DNA from: a candidate division FCPU426 bacterium
Lineage (GTDB): Bacteria; Oederibacteriota; Muellerivitia; Muellerivitales; Muellerivitaceae
Length of the DNA: 64,000 bases
Assembly (NCBI GenBank): GCA_963738405.1
Contig: CAVTWJ010000014.1
Location: 215,151-279,150, forward strand
Direction: 5' to 3'
Under the pieces are notes generated by a model that had not been told where the DNA came from, ran no database searches, and saw only the letters and a program-made list of their open reading frames with translations. A program made the translations under genes and the position numbers. Position 1 is the stretch's first letter; each line of letters opens with the position of its first letter. Below are positions 1 through 10,182 of the stretch, piece after piece.

Positions 1-1465
1 GGATACCGCTATAGGGCGTCGATTGGTGTTCTCCATTATTGAACTCATTCGAATTTCGGTCGGGAGAGCCGATTTCCCACACGGTGGGCCCCAGGCGCAA
101 GGGCGACCAGGTCAGGGTGCCCAAATTCAAAGACTGGCCTGCGGTTACAGAGACATTGGCCTGCTCAAAGGTTCCGATCACGCCGGGGCCGAAAGCCCAA
201 AGGTTATAGGTTCCGGGCAACACATTGGGAATTGAAAATGTTCCTCCCGTTCCCGTGCGGACCCAAAACTGGCTGGTGAAGTACTGCTGTTGGAAATCCA
301 CCCCGCCATCGACCGGCGCAAGCCCGATCCACAAGCTGACTGGCGAGGTTCCCGGATTGTTCGGATCATTGATTCCGAGAGTACCGCTCACCGTGGCGCG
401 GCTTGAAGCCTGGGGATAGACCGTGCCGGTTGCGCCGGCCACCGGTTGGGGGTTGAACCAAGTGTAGGGCCAAGCCGCCTGTTCCGCAGCCGCTTGGGCC
501 TGGGCGTCCGCCCAAAGCACCCGAGCCTTGAGCGAAACGGGATCGCTGGAGGAACCGGTGTACTGGTTGGCGTAAATAAAAGCGGGTCCGAAGGTCTTGG
601 ATGAAAAAGTTCCCGCGGGCTGGTCTTGAGTCAGGCCGAACCCGTAGTGGCCGCCTCCGAACATGTCCAACAAAGTGTTTCCAATGTGCTCGGTGAGCTC
701 CCGGTGCATCGGCCCGCCGTCTTCAAACTCGTGACTGGGCAGCGTCTGCCAGACGCCGTATTTGGAGGTCGAAGAAGCCCAACCCCAGGTATCCACTTGG
801 CCCAGGGGAGAGCTGTAGGAATATTTGCAATTCGTGAGTCCGTTATAGGGTCCGGCGGTATATTGCATCACTTCCGGGGGCGCGCCCGGCACGGTGGTTA
901 CCGCGGTACTGGGAGGCGCCATCTGCCGGAATCGGTAGGGATCCACGCACAGCCAGTCGAACGCGGAGCCGACGTACATATTGGTGCGCAGTTCGGCGCC
1001 GGGGTAGTCGGGGTAGCCTGCCTCGTGGGTGAGGACCATGGTGTCGTAGATGCCCTGTTGTCCGCGCAGTAGATCGTAATAGACGGCCATGTCCATGGGG
1101 CTAGCGGTTGATTGCAGCCACACTTCCGCCTGGTTGCCGCCGTTGTTGGCGGGGTTCACGCTCAGCGTATAAACCGTATTGGCCAGGGTGGGCCCGCCGG
1201 AACCGTCGAAGTAAAAGTACCCTCCTCCGTTTCCTCCTGATAGGAGGTTCGTACCGTTGTAGGTGAAGTTGGTGATATTCCCGTTGGATTTGTTGATGGT
1301 AATAGAGACGATGCCGTTCGCGAGGACCACGGTTCCGCCGTTATCAGTCACGGTCACGTTGGCGCCGGTGCCGGTACCGCCTCCGGCAACGTTCGCGAAG
1401 GTGTTAGGGACGCAAAATGAGACGGCTCCCAACAGGAAAAGGAAAATGATTTTAATTCGGTTCAT
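1..1465 (-). CDS. Secreted rhamnogalacturonan lyase-like protein (polysaccharide lyase family 4), runs off the window start
   Basis: Not in the ORF track because its stop lies outside the window. Manual translation from ATG at 1465: MNRIKIIFLFLLGAVSFCVPNTFANVAGGG..., with PL4-like motifs KYSYS, HEFEDGGPMHRELTEH, GHYG, KTFGPAFIY, WPYTW, FSIPNVLPGTYNLWA, VWEIGSPDR. Confidence 0.8.
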   Translation of the reverse strand, partial: MNRIKIIFLFLLGAVSFCVPNTFANVAGGGTGTGANVTVTDNGGTVVLANGIVSITINKSNGNITNFTYNGTNLLSGGNGGGYFYFDGSGGPTLANTVYTLSVNPANNGGNQAEVWLQSTASPMDMAVYYDLLRGQQGIYDTMVLTHEAGYPDYPGAELRTNMYVGSAFDWLCVDPYRFRQMAPPSTAVTTVPGAPPEVMQYTAGPYNGLTNCKYSYSSPLGQVDTWGWASSTSKYGVWQTLPSHEFEDGGPMHRELTEHIGNTLLDMFGGGHYGFGLTQDQPAGTFSSKTFGPAFIYANQYTGSSSDPVSLKARVLWADAQAQAAAEQAAWPYTWFNPQPVAGATGTVYPQASSRATVSGTLGINDPNNPGTSPVSLWIGLAPVDGGVDFQQQYFTSQFWVRTGTGGTFSIPNVLPGTYNLWAFGPGVIGTFEQANVSVTAGQSLNLGTLTWSPLRLGPTVWEIGSPDRNSNEFNNGEHQSTPYSGI

Positions 1466-1498
1466 AATTCTTTCCGCTTGCAGGCGGGTTTTTTAACC

Positions 1499-1525
1499 GG
1501 TAGCGCTTTCACGTAACCGGTTACA
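1499..1525. promoter_or_regulatory. LacI-family-like operator(s) between the divergent PL4 and GH127 genes
   Basis: Perfect palindrome GTAACCGGTTAC (1513-1524) plus adjacent GGTAGCGCTTTCA (1499-1511); both have the central CG typical of LacI/CcpA sites. Confidence 0.55.
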
Positions 1526-1762
1526 ATTGGCTTAATTAAAGAAAAAGGTGCCTCTTCAAAGGCGCACTAATTTTAAGCCCTCTCTTTCTATTTTGTCCCC
1601 TCGAAAAGGAGCCTACAAAAGTAAAACGAGGAACGGGTTTAAAAGTAAACAGGGTTTAACGCAATATCGATTCACTCCAAATGTGCTTTACTAAAACTTT
1701 ACCGTGGAATAGCAAACTAAAATCCGCTTGTTTTTGATTCAATTCACTGGAAGATAGGTTCC

Positions 1763-3835
1763 ATGCCGGAAATCATCCCACCTCCCACTCCAAGCAGCCC
1801 CTCCAAACCCCGATCCCTCATGGTTCCCCTTCTTATATTAATCGTCATCGTATCGGGCATCCTGGCCTGGGCCCTTTACAAGCGCTCAGAAGAAAACCGG
1901 ATGGCCAGCCACATGACCGCCCTGGAACCCCTGGTCTTCCAACCCCTCCCCTTGGGGGCGGTCAAACCACAGGGGTGGTTGTTGGATCAGTTGAAGCTCC
2001 AGGCTTCTGGCCTTTCCGGACATTTGGATGAGTTTTGGCCCGACGTGATGGGAAGCGGATGGATCGGCGGGAAAAACGAGGGCTGGGAAAGGGCTCCCTA
2101 TTGGCTGGACGGCATGGTGCCCCTGGCCTATTTGACCGGCGACGAAAGGCTGAAGAAAAAGGCAACTCGCTGGATCGACTATATTCTCAAACATCAGTTG
2201 GCCGACGGATGGCTGGGGCCCGAAAAAAGCCCCCCGCCTTTTGGCAGTCCGCCTGGGGCCGAAGCCCCCAACCCAAGGGACCCATGGCCCCAATTCATTA
2301 TCCTAAAAGTTCTGGCCCAATATGAGGAAGCCACCGGCGACCCTCGAGTTATCCCGGCAATGGAAAAAGATATTCAAGCCATCAGCGCCCAGATGGACCG
2401 CAACACCCAAACGATCGGCCAGGGGCTTTATGCTTGGAACTTTTTCCGCTGGGGCGATTTCGCCCTGACCCTCGACTGGCTTTTTGACCGCACCGGCGAG
2501 CCCTGGCTCTTGGACCTGGAGCGCAAGGTGGCCAGCCAAGGCTACAACTGGGCCAAGCATTTCGACGACCTGCCGGTGAAGGAACGCTCCCCCCGCTGGA
2601 ACTGGCTGGGACACGTAGTGAACAACGCCATGGGCCTCAAGACTCCCGCCCTGCTTTACCGCCTGACGGGCGACAGCTACTTTAAAAAATCGACCCTCAA
2701 GGAACTTGAAAACCTGGACCGCTACCACGGCGAACCCAACGGCCTGATGAGCGGGGACGAGTGCCTGGCGGGTTTGAGCCCTTCCCAGGGTACGGAACTT
2801 TGCGCCATTGTGGAAACCATGTTCTCCATGGAAAACCTGGTGTCATTGACGGGCGAGGTGAAATATTCGGACCGGTTGGAAAAGGTGGCCTTCAACGCCC
2901 TGCCCGCCGCCATCACCCCCGACTTCTGGGGCCATCAATACGACGAGCAATCCAACCAGATCGCCTGTGTCTATGACCGGGAACCCGTCTATACCACGAA
3001 CCGGGGCGACGCCAATCTATTCGGATTAGAACCCCAATTCGGCTGCTGTCTGGCCAACTTTCACCAGGGCTGGCCCAAGTTCACTTCCCACCTTTGGATG
3101 GGCACCCCCGACGGGGGTTTGGCCGCGATCGCCTACGCACCTAGCCTGGTAGAAACTAACATCAACGGGAACCCAGTGAAGATTCAGTTAGTGACCGACT
3201 ATCCCTTCAGCGAAGACCTGGTCTTCAACGTGACAGTACAACAGAGTCTGGAATTTCCCCTCTACTTAAGGATTCCTGCTTGGGCTAAGGGTGCAACCTT
3301 GAAGTTGCCCGATGGAACGGTGCAAAACCTGGAGACGGGTAAATTTAATAAAATCCTAAGGAAATGGACTGGTGGCGAAGCCGTCACTCTGCACCTGCCT
3401 ATGGGCTTCCATGTGCGCAAGGGTTACAACGATTCTTTAAGCGTGGAACACGGCCCCTTGGTTTACAGCCTGGGGCTCAAGGAAGAATGGCATAAATTTA
3501 TGCCCTTCAAGCAACAGCCGCCGGGAGAAAAGAAGTACGACTACGCCATCACGCCCCAAAGCCCCTGGAATTTCGCGCTGATTTTGGACCCCGGCAACCC
3601 GGATAAGTACCTGACCTTTGAGGCTGGCACCTTAAAAGGCAACCCCTTCACTTTGGAGGGAGCCCCCTCGAAGGTGATGGTTCAGGGAAGAAGCATTGAG
3701 TGGGGCTACGATCACGGGGCCTTGATTCCCCCGCCCCAGAGCCCAGTGAAAAGCGCCAGCCCGCCTGAGAATTTAGTGCTGGTTCCCTACGGCTCGACCA
3801 AACTTAGGGTCACGGCCTTTCCCGAGACGAAATAG
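1763..3835 (+). CDS. GH127-like beta-L-arabinofuranosidase with N-terminal membrane anchor
   Basis: 690 aa; motifs GWERAPYWLDG, HVVN, GTELCAIVE, LEKVAFNALP, GCCLANFHQGWPKF, TDYPF, LRIPAW, GPLVY. Confidence 0.85.
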   Translation: MPEIIPPPTPSSPSKPRSLMVPLLILIVIVSGILAWALYKRSEENRMASHMTALEPLVFQPLPLGAVKPQGWLLDQLKLQASGLSGHLDEFWPDVMGSGWIGGKNEGWERAPYWLDGMVPLAYLTGDERLKKKATRWIDYILKHQLADGWLGPEKSPPPFGSPPGAEAPNPRDPWPQFIILKVLAQYEEATGDPRVIPAMEKDIQAISAQMDRNTQTIGQGLYAWNFFRWGDFALTLDWLFDRTGEPWLLDLERKVASQGYNWAKHFDDLPVKERSPRWNWLGHVVNNAMGLKTPALLYRLTGDSYFKKSTLKELENLDRYHGEPNGLMSGDECLAGLSPSQGTELCAIVETMFSMENLVSLTGEVKYSDRLEKVAFNALPAAITPDFWGHQYDEQSNQIACVYDREPVYTTNRGDANLFGLEPQFGCCLANFHQGWPKFTSHLWMGTPDGGLAAIAYAPSLVETNINGNPVKIQLVTDYPFSEDLVFNVTVQQSLEFPLYLRIPAWAKGATLKLPDGTVQNLETGKFNKILRKWTGGEAVTLHLPMGFHVRKGYNDSLSVEHGPLVYSLGLKEEWHKFMPFKQQPPGEKKYDYAITPQSPWNFALILDPGNPDKYLTFEAGTLKGNPFTLEGAPSKVMVQGRSIEWGYDHGALIPPPQSPVKSASPPENLVLVPYGSTKLRVTAFPETK

Positions 3836-3837
3836 TT

Positions 3838-4275
3838 TTATTTAAGGGCTTTTTCGATCTTGTCCAAGTGGTTTCGCCGATGCAGGGCCCGATGCAAAAA
3901 CCTTTCGTTCCCCACCTTCAAAAACTCGTCCACCTGCGCTTGGGTTAGTTTCTCAACCGTTTGGTCCGCGATCTCAGCCGCCGCCTTAGTGAATTTCACA
4001 ACGGTTGCCGAAGGTATGGCTTCACAAAGAAGGTTTAATGGATCGTTGACCGCGTCCGCATCGAGCGTGCCGGGCGCCTTGCCTTCCGAAATCCAGCGCT
4101 GAAACATGGTGGCTTGCCGGAAATCCCAAAAGGCCAAGTGGGCCAAGGTGACCGATACCGACCAGCCGTTTGCCAAGCGGCGTTTGAAATCTTCCTCTTT
4201 TAAACCCGCCATGAGGGTTAAAAGCCTTTGACGCTCCTCTTGATTGTCCCGGATCATCGTTTGAAGATCGGCCAT
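3838..4275 (-). CDS. DinB/maleylpyruvate isomerase N-terminal domain protein
   Basis: Likely start MADLQ after a GGAGG RBS; GWSVSVTLAHLAFWD and C-terminal HRRNHL metal-binding His pattern. Confidence 0.7.
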   Translation of the reverse strand: MADLQTMIRDNQEERQRLLTLMAGLKEEDFKRRLANGWSVSVTLAHLAFWDFRQATMFQRWISEGKAPGTLDADAVNDPLNLLCEAIPSATVVKFTKAAAEIADQTVEKLTQAQVDEFLKVGNERFLHRALHRRNHLDKIEKALK

Positions 4276-4353
4276 ATTTCCCTCCGAATAGTGCATTTTG
4301 AGAAAAGAATGAATAAAGTAAACGCATCCTAAAACAACAGCGAGGGAAAAACT

Positions 4354-4875
4354 ATGGAAGCTCCCCAATATCCCGTCGGTCCATATAATTCAGAAGAAGA
4401 TAACCAGCCTTCCCGCCGTGAAGCATTGATTAGCGTGATCGAGAAGGCACCCCAAGCCCTTCGGGAGGCGGTGAAAGGGCTCTCGGACGCCCAGTTAGAC
4501 GCGAAATATAAGAACTGGACCATCCGCCAGATCGTGCATCACTTGGCCGACAGCCACGTGAATAGTTATATTCGATTTAAGTGGGCCCTTACCGAGGATA
4601 ACCCGGTCATCAAGGCCTATGACGACGGCAAATGGGCCGAATTGGACGATTCCAAGTTGGGCCCAATTGAAGCGCCCCTAGCCATGATGGAAGGTGTTCA
4701 TAAGCAGTGGGTTGTTTTATTGAAGTCCATGACTGACGATCATTTTGCCCGAACCTTCGTGCATCCCACCAATAATCGAGTGACCGTTCTTTCTAATGCG
4801 CTGGGCATCTATGCTTGGCATGGACGCCACCACACTGGACAGATACTTTGGATGAGGGAACAAAAGAAAGTCTAA
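4354..4875 (+). CDS. YfiT/BstA-family DinB-fold thiol transferase
   Basis: YPVG, WTIRQIVHHLADSH, RFKWALTED, YAWHGRHHTGQI. Confidence 0.85.
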   Translation: MEAPQYPVGPYNSEEDNQPSRREALISVIEKAPQALREAVKGLSDAQLDAKYKNWTIRQIVHHLADSHVNSYIRFKWALTEDNPVIKAYDDGKWAELDDSKLGPIEAPLAMMEGVHKQWVVLLKSMTDDHFARTFVHPTNNRVTVLSNALGIYAWHGRHHTGQILWMREQKKV

Positions 4876-5035
4876 CTACGTTTCAATTAGTCCGAAGCGA
4901 CAGATCAGACAGCCAATATCTTGAAGCCGGGTTTCCCAATCCTGCTTGGTTGTCGAACTTTCGGAAAGCTTCTCGATCTCTTTATTACGAAGAAAACAAA
5001 GATCTCGCGCCACATAAGACGAGATTATTCCTGTT

Positions 5036-6046
5036 TTATCCGCCCCTCAGTACGTATTTACCCGTTTTCTTGGTTCCAACCTTCTCAATCAGTCCGGCCT
5101 TCATCAACGGCCTTAAAAGATTCATGGCCCCCTGCTTTGAAACACCCAGGGCTTCCCATAATTCACGGGGCGTCAGGCTTCCACGATCCCTCAAAATGGT
5201 TAAAAGTTTTTCTTGGCGGGGCAAGAGAACAACCTTTTCCGAGCCCTTCATGCCTTTCAATCGTTGACTCCGTTCCCAAACCCTCTCCAAGGTCAGCTGA
5301 ACGGCCTTTGCGTTATATTCCAACCAGCTCGTTAAATCTTCTCCGTGGGTTCGGACCATTTCTAATTGCCGATAATAGGTCTCTCTCTCTTCCCAAAAAA
5401 CCTCGTCCACGGAAAATATGTGATGGGTATCAAATCCAAATCTAAAGAGTTCCCAGAGAGAAAGCATTCTTCCCACTCGACCGTTCCCGTCCGCAAATGG
5501 ATGAATAGCCTCAAATCGATAATGAAGAATCCCCGAAGAGATAACTGGCAGCCATACTTTAGACTCCATGTTCCACCATTCCAAAAGTTCGCGCATCAAA
5601 CCACTAACCTGTGCAGGCGGTGGCGGAAGGTGCTTTCCTACCCTCACTTGAATTGTTCGATATCTTCCAACCTCACCTTGATCCATGACCTTTGAAGCCA
5701 AAAGCTTGTGGAGTTTGAACAAATCCTCGTGAGTTATCACTTTCTTTTTCGCATTTTTTTCAACAAACCTGAGTCCCGCAAAGTAATTGAGCACTTCCCG
5801 CTTCGAGCGTTCCATTGTGGTCGGGAGTTCTTTTCCCGCCTCCAATATCCGCACTTCCGCCAAAGTAAGGGGGTTTCCCTCGATGGCGGTAGAACTGTGC
5901 CCATTGCGGGCCCGGGTGTCTTTTTGAAGGGCCGGAATCCAGGATACCTGCAAGGTGGCAGCCTGGATCTTTTCCCGCAAAGCGGAGATATCCGACAGAG
6001 TTTTGACAAGATGGTGGGTAACTGTGAATTTAGGTTCGTAAGCCAT
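5036..6046 (-). CDS. Fic family protein with C-terminal winged HTH
   Basis: Canonical Fic motif HPFADGNGRVGR; N-terminal STAIEGN inhibitory motif; C-terminal LTPRELWEALGVSKQGAMNLL wHTH. Confidence 0.9.
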   Translation of the reverse strand: MAYEPKFTVTHHLVKTLSDISALREKIQAATLQVSWIPALQKDTRARNGHSSTAIEGNPLTLAEVRILEAGKELPTTMERSKREVLNYFAGLRFVEKNAKKKVITHEDLFKLHKLLASKVMDQGEVGRYRTIQVRVGKHLPPPPAQVSGLMRELLEWWNMESKVWLPVISSGILHYRFEAIHPFADGNGRVGRMLSLWELFRFGFDTHHIFSVDEVFWEERETYYRQLEMVRTHGEDLTSWLEYNAKAVQLTLERVWERSQRLKGMKGSEKVVLLPRQEKLLTILRDRGSLTPRELWEALGVSKQGAMNLLRPLMKAGLIEKVGTKKTGKYVLRGG

Positions 6047-6052
6047 AAAAAC

Positions 6053-6093
6053 AGTCTAATTATTAGTCAATTATTAGTCAAGTTATGAGTCAA
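6053..6093 (-). promoter_or_regulatory. Sigma70-type promoter with three direct repeats upstream of fic
   Basis: Minus strand TTGACT-17 bp-TAGACT (6081..6053); repeats TTGACTMATAA x3. Confidence 0.65.
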
Positions 6094-6103
6094 CTCGGAT
6101 TAG

Positions 6104-9100
6104 CTATCGAACCGCGAAATACTCGCATTCGGGGTGATGGATCACGATAGCGCTAGTGGATTGCTCAGGCACCATCATGTGGGCCTCCGTCAAGGTGATG
6201 CCGATGGCCTTGGTGGCGTCCAACAGCCTGAAATACTTCTCCTGGTCCGACTGCTCGGGGCATGCGGGATAGCCGGGGCTGTATCGCTTACCCTGCCCGA
6301 TAGGCAAATCCCATTCTTTGCGAACCCGGCGGTGAATCCATTCGGCCATGGCCTCGGCAGTCTGTACGGCCAGCCCGTGTAAATAATAGGAATCGGTGTA
6401 TTTCCCGTCTTTATTCAATTTCTCCACCAGCTCGGTGGCCTTGTCACCGATGGTGACCACTTGGAAAGCCACCACGTCTTTCTCACCCGAGGAGACCGGC
6501 TTGAAATAATCGGAAAGGCACAGGTGGCGGCCCACCCTTTGGCGGGGAAACTTGAAGCGTTCCAGTTCTTTCTTAGGATCGTTGCCGTCGTAAATAATCA
6601 AGTCGTTGCCATCCGAATTGGCCAGCCAGAAGCCATAAACCAGCTTGGGCTCGAACCAGTTCTTGGCCAAAATCTCATCCTGCATCTTGAGGCGCATGGG
6701 CTCGAACTGCTCTTTGATCAGCTTCTTATATTCATCCGAATCCTTGCCCTTCACGCCCCAGTTGAGTTTGTAAAGCTGGGTCAGGTCCAGATAGGGCCAA
6801 ACTTCCCTTAAAGGCACCTTGTTGATGATGGAGGTTCCCGCGAAGGGGTTTTTGGGGATGCTCAAGGCCGGTTTGACCGTGGGCGGATATTTTTCCGGCG
6901 TGGCTTCTTCCTCTTCGTGCTTCACTTCGGCAAAACCCGAGGCTTTCGATTTCAGAGCCTCTTCCTTGATTCGGTTGCGGAAGGTTTCCCGGCTGGCCAA
7001 ATCCGACAGGGCGTTCAATATATCCAATCCCTCGAAGGCGTCCTTGGCGTAGTAAACGCCCGGTTCGTAAAGTTTCTCGTCCACAAAGCTGATGCGGTAG
7101 CCGTAGCGGCGGTTGATGGCGGCGCCCCCCACGACCACGGGATATTGCAGGCCCAGCTTTTCCAATTCCTGCACGCAAATGGGCATTTGCTTGGAAGTGA
7201 CAACGAGAAGAGCCGAAAGCCCGATGGCGTCGGCCTTCACTTCCTGCGCCTTGGCGATGATGGTAGAAATCGGAACCTGCTTGCCCAGGTCGTGCACGGT
7301 GTAGCCGTTGTTGGAGAGAATTGTACGCACCAAGTTCTTGCCGATGTCGTGCACATCGCCGTAAACGGTGGCCAAAACCACTGTGCCCTTGGTGGTAGCG
7401 GTGGATTTATCTAGAAACTGCTCCACGTAGGACACGGCCTTCTTCATACATTCGGCGGATTGAAGCACGAAGGGCAAGATCAATTCTCCCGCGCCGAACT
7501 TGTCCCCCACTTCCTTCATGGCGGGAAGAAGCACGGTGTTCAACGCCTCCACCGCCGTTTTTTCTTTCAGCACCTCCGCCAGGTCCGCCTCGATGCCGTC
7601 GGGCTTGCGGTTCACGATTTTCCAATGCACTTTCTGCGCGGGGGCCATGCCCTCGGTCGGGTCAGCGGGGCCGGAGGATTCCACCGGCGCCTTGCCAGCG
7701 AAGTATTGAATGAAATTGGCCAAGGCCTGAGGGTCTCGGTTGAAAACCAGGTCGTCGGCCATCTTGCGTTCTTCCTCGGGGATGGCCGGGTAGGGCTTGA
7801 TGTCGGCGGGATTCAAAATGGCCATATCGAGCCCGGCATGGACGCAGTGATAAAGAAAGACGGAATTCAGCACTTCGCGGGCGGGCTTGGAAAGGCCGAA
7901 GGAGACGTTGGAAAGCCCCAGTACGGTGCGCACACCCGGAATTTCCTTCTTGATGGCCTTGATGCCTTCCATGGTCTCCACGGCGGAATTGCGAAATTCT
8001 TCCTCGCCCGTGGCCAGGGTAAAGGTGAGGGCGTCGAACACGATGTCTTCCGCCGGGATGCCGTATTCGTTCACGCAGATATCGGTGATCTTCTTGGCCA
8101 CCTCCAGCTTTCTCGCGGCGGTTTTGGCCATGCCCTTTTCGGCGGGTTTGGACTTGTCGTAATAGAGGTCGTCAATCGTCATGGCCACCACGGCGGCACC
8201 GTATTTCTTAATAAGGGGGCAGAGTCTTTTTACGCGCCCGCCGTCGCCTTCCAGGTTGATGGAATTAACCAGCGCCCTTCCGGGGTAAATCTTTAGGGCG
8301 GCCTCGATGACGTCCGATTCGGTGGAATCGATCATCAGGGGGGTATCGACCCCCAGGGCCAGCTTCTTGACCACCTTCATTATCTGTTCTTTCTCGTCCA
8401 CCCGCTCGGTCACGGCCACGCACACATCCAGCACATGCGCCCCGCCCTCGGCCTGGCCCCGGCCCACCGTCACCATGCCGTCGTAATCGTCGGCGAGGAG
8501 TAATTGCTTGATCTTGCGGGAGCCTTGGGCGTTCACCCTTTCGCCAACGATAAGGGGCTTGGGGTCCTGGTCCATGGAGACCGACTTGATCATGGAAGAT
8601 GCGTCGCAGATATGGGTGACGTCGCGTTTTTTGGGAGCCTGGTTGCCGATGGCTTGAACCACCTGGCGCAGATGCTCGTGGGTGGTGCCGCAGCAGCCGC
8701 CGATCACGTTAACGCCGAATTCTTCCACAAATTCCTTAAGTGCCGCCGCCAGGGCCTCTGGTTTCAAGGGGTATACCGCCTGCCCGCCCCGGTTCTCGGG
8801 AAGCCCCGCGTTGGGAATGGTGGAAATGGGGATATTGGAAAATTGGCTTAAGTACCGCACCGAATCCTTCATTTCCTTGGGGCCGGTGGAACAGTTCATT
8901 CCGATGACATCGATTGGAAGACGGGAGAAGGTGGATAGCACCGAGCCGATGTCGGTGCCCAAGAGCATGCGCCCCGTAGTGTCCAGGGTGGTCTGGGCCA
9001 TGATGCCGACCGGGGATTTTTTTTCCGTGCGGGCCTTATGGCAACCGTAAACCGCCGCGCGCATTTCCAAAATATCCTGGCTGGTCTCAACGAGGAGTGC

Positions 9101-9592
9101 GTCCACCCCCGCGTCGATCATGATGCAGGCCTGTTCGTAATAGATGGCTTCCAGCTGATCAACCGTGATCTTGCCGAGATCCGGGTCTTCCGAGGCGGGG
9201 AGCATACCCGTGGGGCCCATGGAACCCACCACGAATCGGGGATGGTCGGGGGTGGAATACTGGTCGGCCAGCTCCCGGGCCAGTTTGACGGCGGCGGTGT
9301 TGATTTCAACGATCCGGTCGCCCAGCCCGTATTCTTCCAGTTTCAGGCGGTTGGAGCCGAAGGTGTTGGTTTCCAGGCAGTCCACCCCCGCCTTCAAAAA
9401 GCCCTCGTGCACTTCCCTTACAACCTGGGGTTTGGTGATCACCAGATAATCGTTCAGGCCTTCCTTGCCGCCGAAATCCTCCTTCGTGAGGTTATAGACC
9501 TGCAGGTTGGTGCCCATGGCCCCGTCAAAAATGAGGACTTTTTTCTTGAGAGCGTCCAAAAAGAGCGGCCGAGGCATGGGTTTTCCTTTCAA
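6104..9592 (-). CDS. metH: Cobalamin-dependent methionine synthase
   Basis: Hcy-binding (DGAMGT, GMNCSTGP, GGCCGT), pterin-binding (GERVNAQGS), B12 motif GDVHDIGKN, activation domain RYSPGYPACP; true start may be ATG at 9577. Confidence 0.97.
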   Translation of the reverse strand: MKGKPMPRPLFLDALKKKVLIFDGAMGTNLQVYNLTKEDFGGKEGLNDYLVITKPQVVREVHEGFLKAGVDCLETNTFGSNRLKLEEYGLGDRIVEINTAAVKLARELADQYSTPDHPRFVVGSMGPTGMLPASEDPDLGKITVDQLEAIYYEQACIMIDAGVDALLVETSQDILEMRAAVYGCHKARTEKKSPVGIMAQTTLDTTGRMLLGTDIGSVLSTFSRLPIDVIGMNCSTGPKEMKDSVRYLSQFSNIPISTIPNAGLPENRGGQAVYPLKPEALAAALKEFVEEFGVNVIGGCCGTTHEHLRQVVQAIGNQAPKKRDVTHICDASSMIKSVSMDQDPKPLIVGERVNAQGSRKIKQLLLADDYDGMVTVGRGQAEGGAHVLDVCVAVTERVDEKEQIMKVVKKLALGVDTPLMIDSTESDVIEAALKIYPGRALVNSINLEGDGGRVKRLCPLIKKYGAAVVAMTIDDLYYDKSKPAEKGMAKTAARKLEVAKKITDICVNEYGIPAEDIVFDALTFTLATGEEEFRNSAVETMEGIKAIKKEIPGVRTVLGLSNVSFGLSKPAREVLNSVFLYHCVHAGLDMAILNPADIKPYPAIPEEERKMADDLVFNRDPQALANFIQYFAGKAPVESSGPADPTEGMAPAQKVHWKIVNRKPDGIEADLAEVLKEKTAVEALNTVLLPAMKEVGDKFGAGELILPFVLQSAECMKKAVSYVEQFLDKSTATTKGTVVLATVYGDVHDIGKNLVRTILSNNGYTVHDLGKQVPISTIIAKAQEVKADAIGLSALLVVTSKQMPICVQELEKLGLQYPVVVGGAAINRRYGYRISFVDEKLYEPGVYYAKDAFEGLDILNALSDLASRETFRNRIKEEALKSKASGFAEVKHEEEEATPEKYPPTVKPALSIPKNPFAGTSIINKVPLREVWPYLDLTQLYKLNWGVKGKDSDEYKKLIKEQFEPMRLKMQDEILAKNWFEPKLVYGFWLANSDGNDLIIYDGNDPKKELERFKFPRQRVGRHLCLSDYFKPVSSGEKDVVAFQVVTIGDKATELVEKLNKDGKYTDSYYLHGLAVQTAEAMAEWIHRRVRKEWDLPIGQGKRYSPGYPACPEQSDQEKYFRLLDATKAIGITLTEAHMMVPEQSTSAIVIHHPECEYFAVR

Positions 9593-9723
9593 ATTCGATC
9601 AAAGGGACGCTAGTTTAGGACCTCGCCCCGCGCGCTTCAAGCCGTTAAACCGATTCCTTCGTATATAACTGCGGGAAAAGTGGTATTAACTTTGGGAATA
9701 AATCAACTTAAGGAGAAACGCCC

Positions 9724-10056
9724 ATGCGCACCATCGGCTTATTGCTGGTATCCAACATCTTTATGACCTTCGCCTGGTACGGGCACCTGAAGTACCGCGC
9801 CTCACCGCTTTGGATCGCCATCCTCGTTTCTTGGGGCATCGCCTTTTTTGAATACTGCTTCCAAGTACCCGCCAACCGCATTGGGAGCTACGAGTTCACC
9901 ACCGCGCAACTGAAGACCATCCAGGAAGTCATCACCCTGGTGGTCTTTTGCGGCTTTTCGGTTTTCTATCTTAAAGAAGATCTAAAGTGGAACTACTTGG
10001 TGGGTTTCGGCTTCATGGTGGGCGCCGTCTTTTTTGTCTTTAAGAAGTGGGCGTGA
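9724..10056 (+). CDS. DMT family small membrane protein (DUF486-like)
   Basis: SNIFMTFAWYGHLK, SWGIAFFEY, QVPANRIG, QLKTIQEVITL. Confidence 0.85.
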   Translation: MRTIGLLLVSNIFMTFAWYGHLKYRASPLWIAILVSWGIAFFEYCFQVPANRIGSYEFTTAQLKTIQEVITLVVFCGFSVFYLKEDLKWNYLVGFGFMVGAVFFVFKKWA

Positions 10057-10058
10057 AC

Positions 10059-10090
10059 AAAAAAGGCGCCCCCCTCAAGGGGCGCCTTTT
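10059..10090 (+). terminator. Rho-independent terminator
   Basis: AAAAGGCGCCCC-loop-GGGGCGCCTTTT. Confidence 0.8.
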
Positions 10091-10182
10091 GCTTTAAGGG
10101 TTTCAATCCCCGTCAAAGGAATCGGAACGTTTTCATTAACGGCTTTCTTCTTGTTGCCCGAATAAAGCTCTACCATTAAGCT

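Noticed and set aside
4876..5035. Short open minus-strand stretch after fic
   Set aside because: No start, RBS or recognisable motif, and it is not a duplicate of the metH or fic end
6134..9613. Many long antisense or alternate-frame ORFs over metH (likewise over coxA, pat, the kinases and the SRPBCC genes)
   Set aside because: Shadow ORFs expected from high GC3 codon bias opposite well-supported genes
9593..9723. SAM or cobalamin riboswitch upstream of metH
   Set aside because: No recognisable conserved core in this short intergenic region
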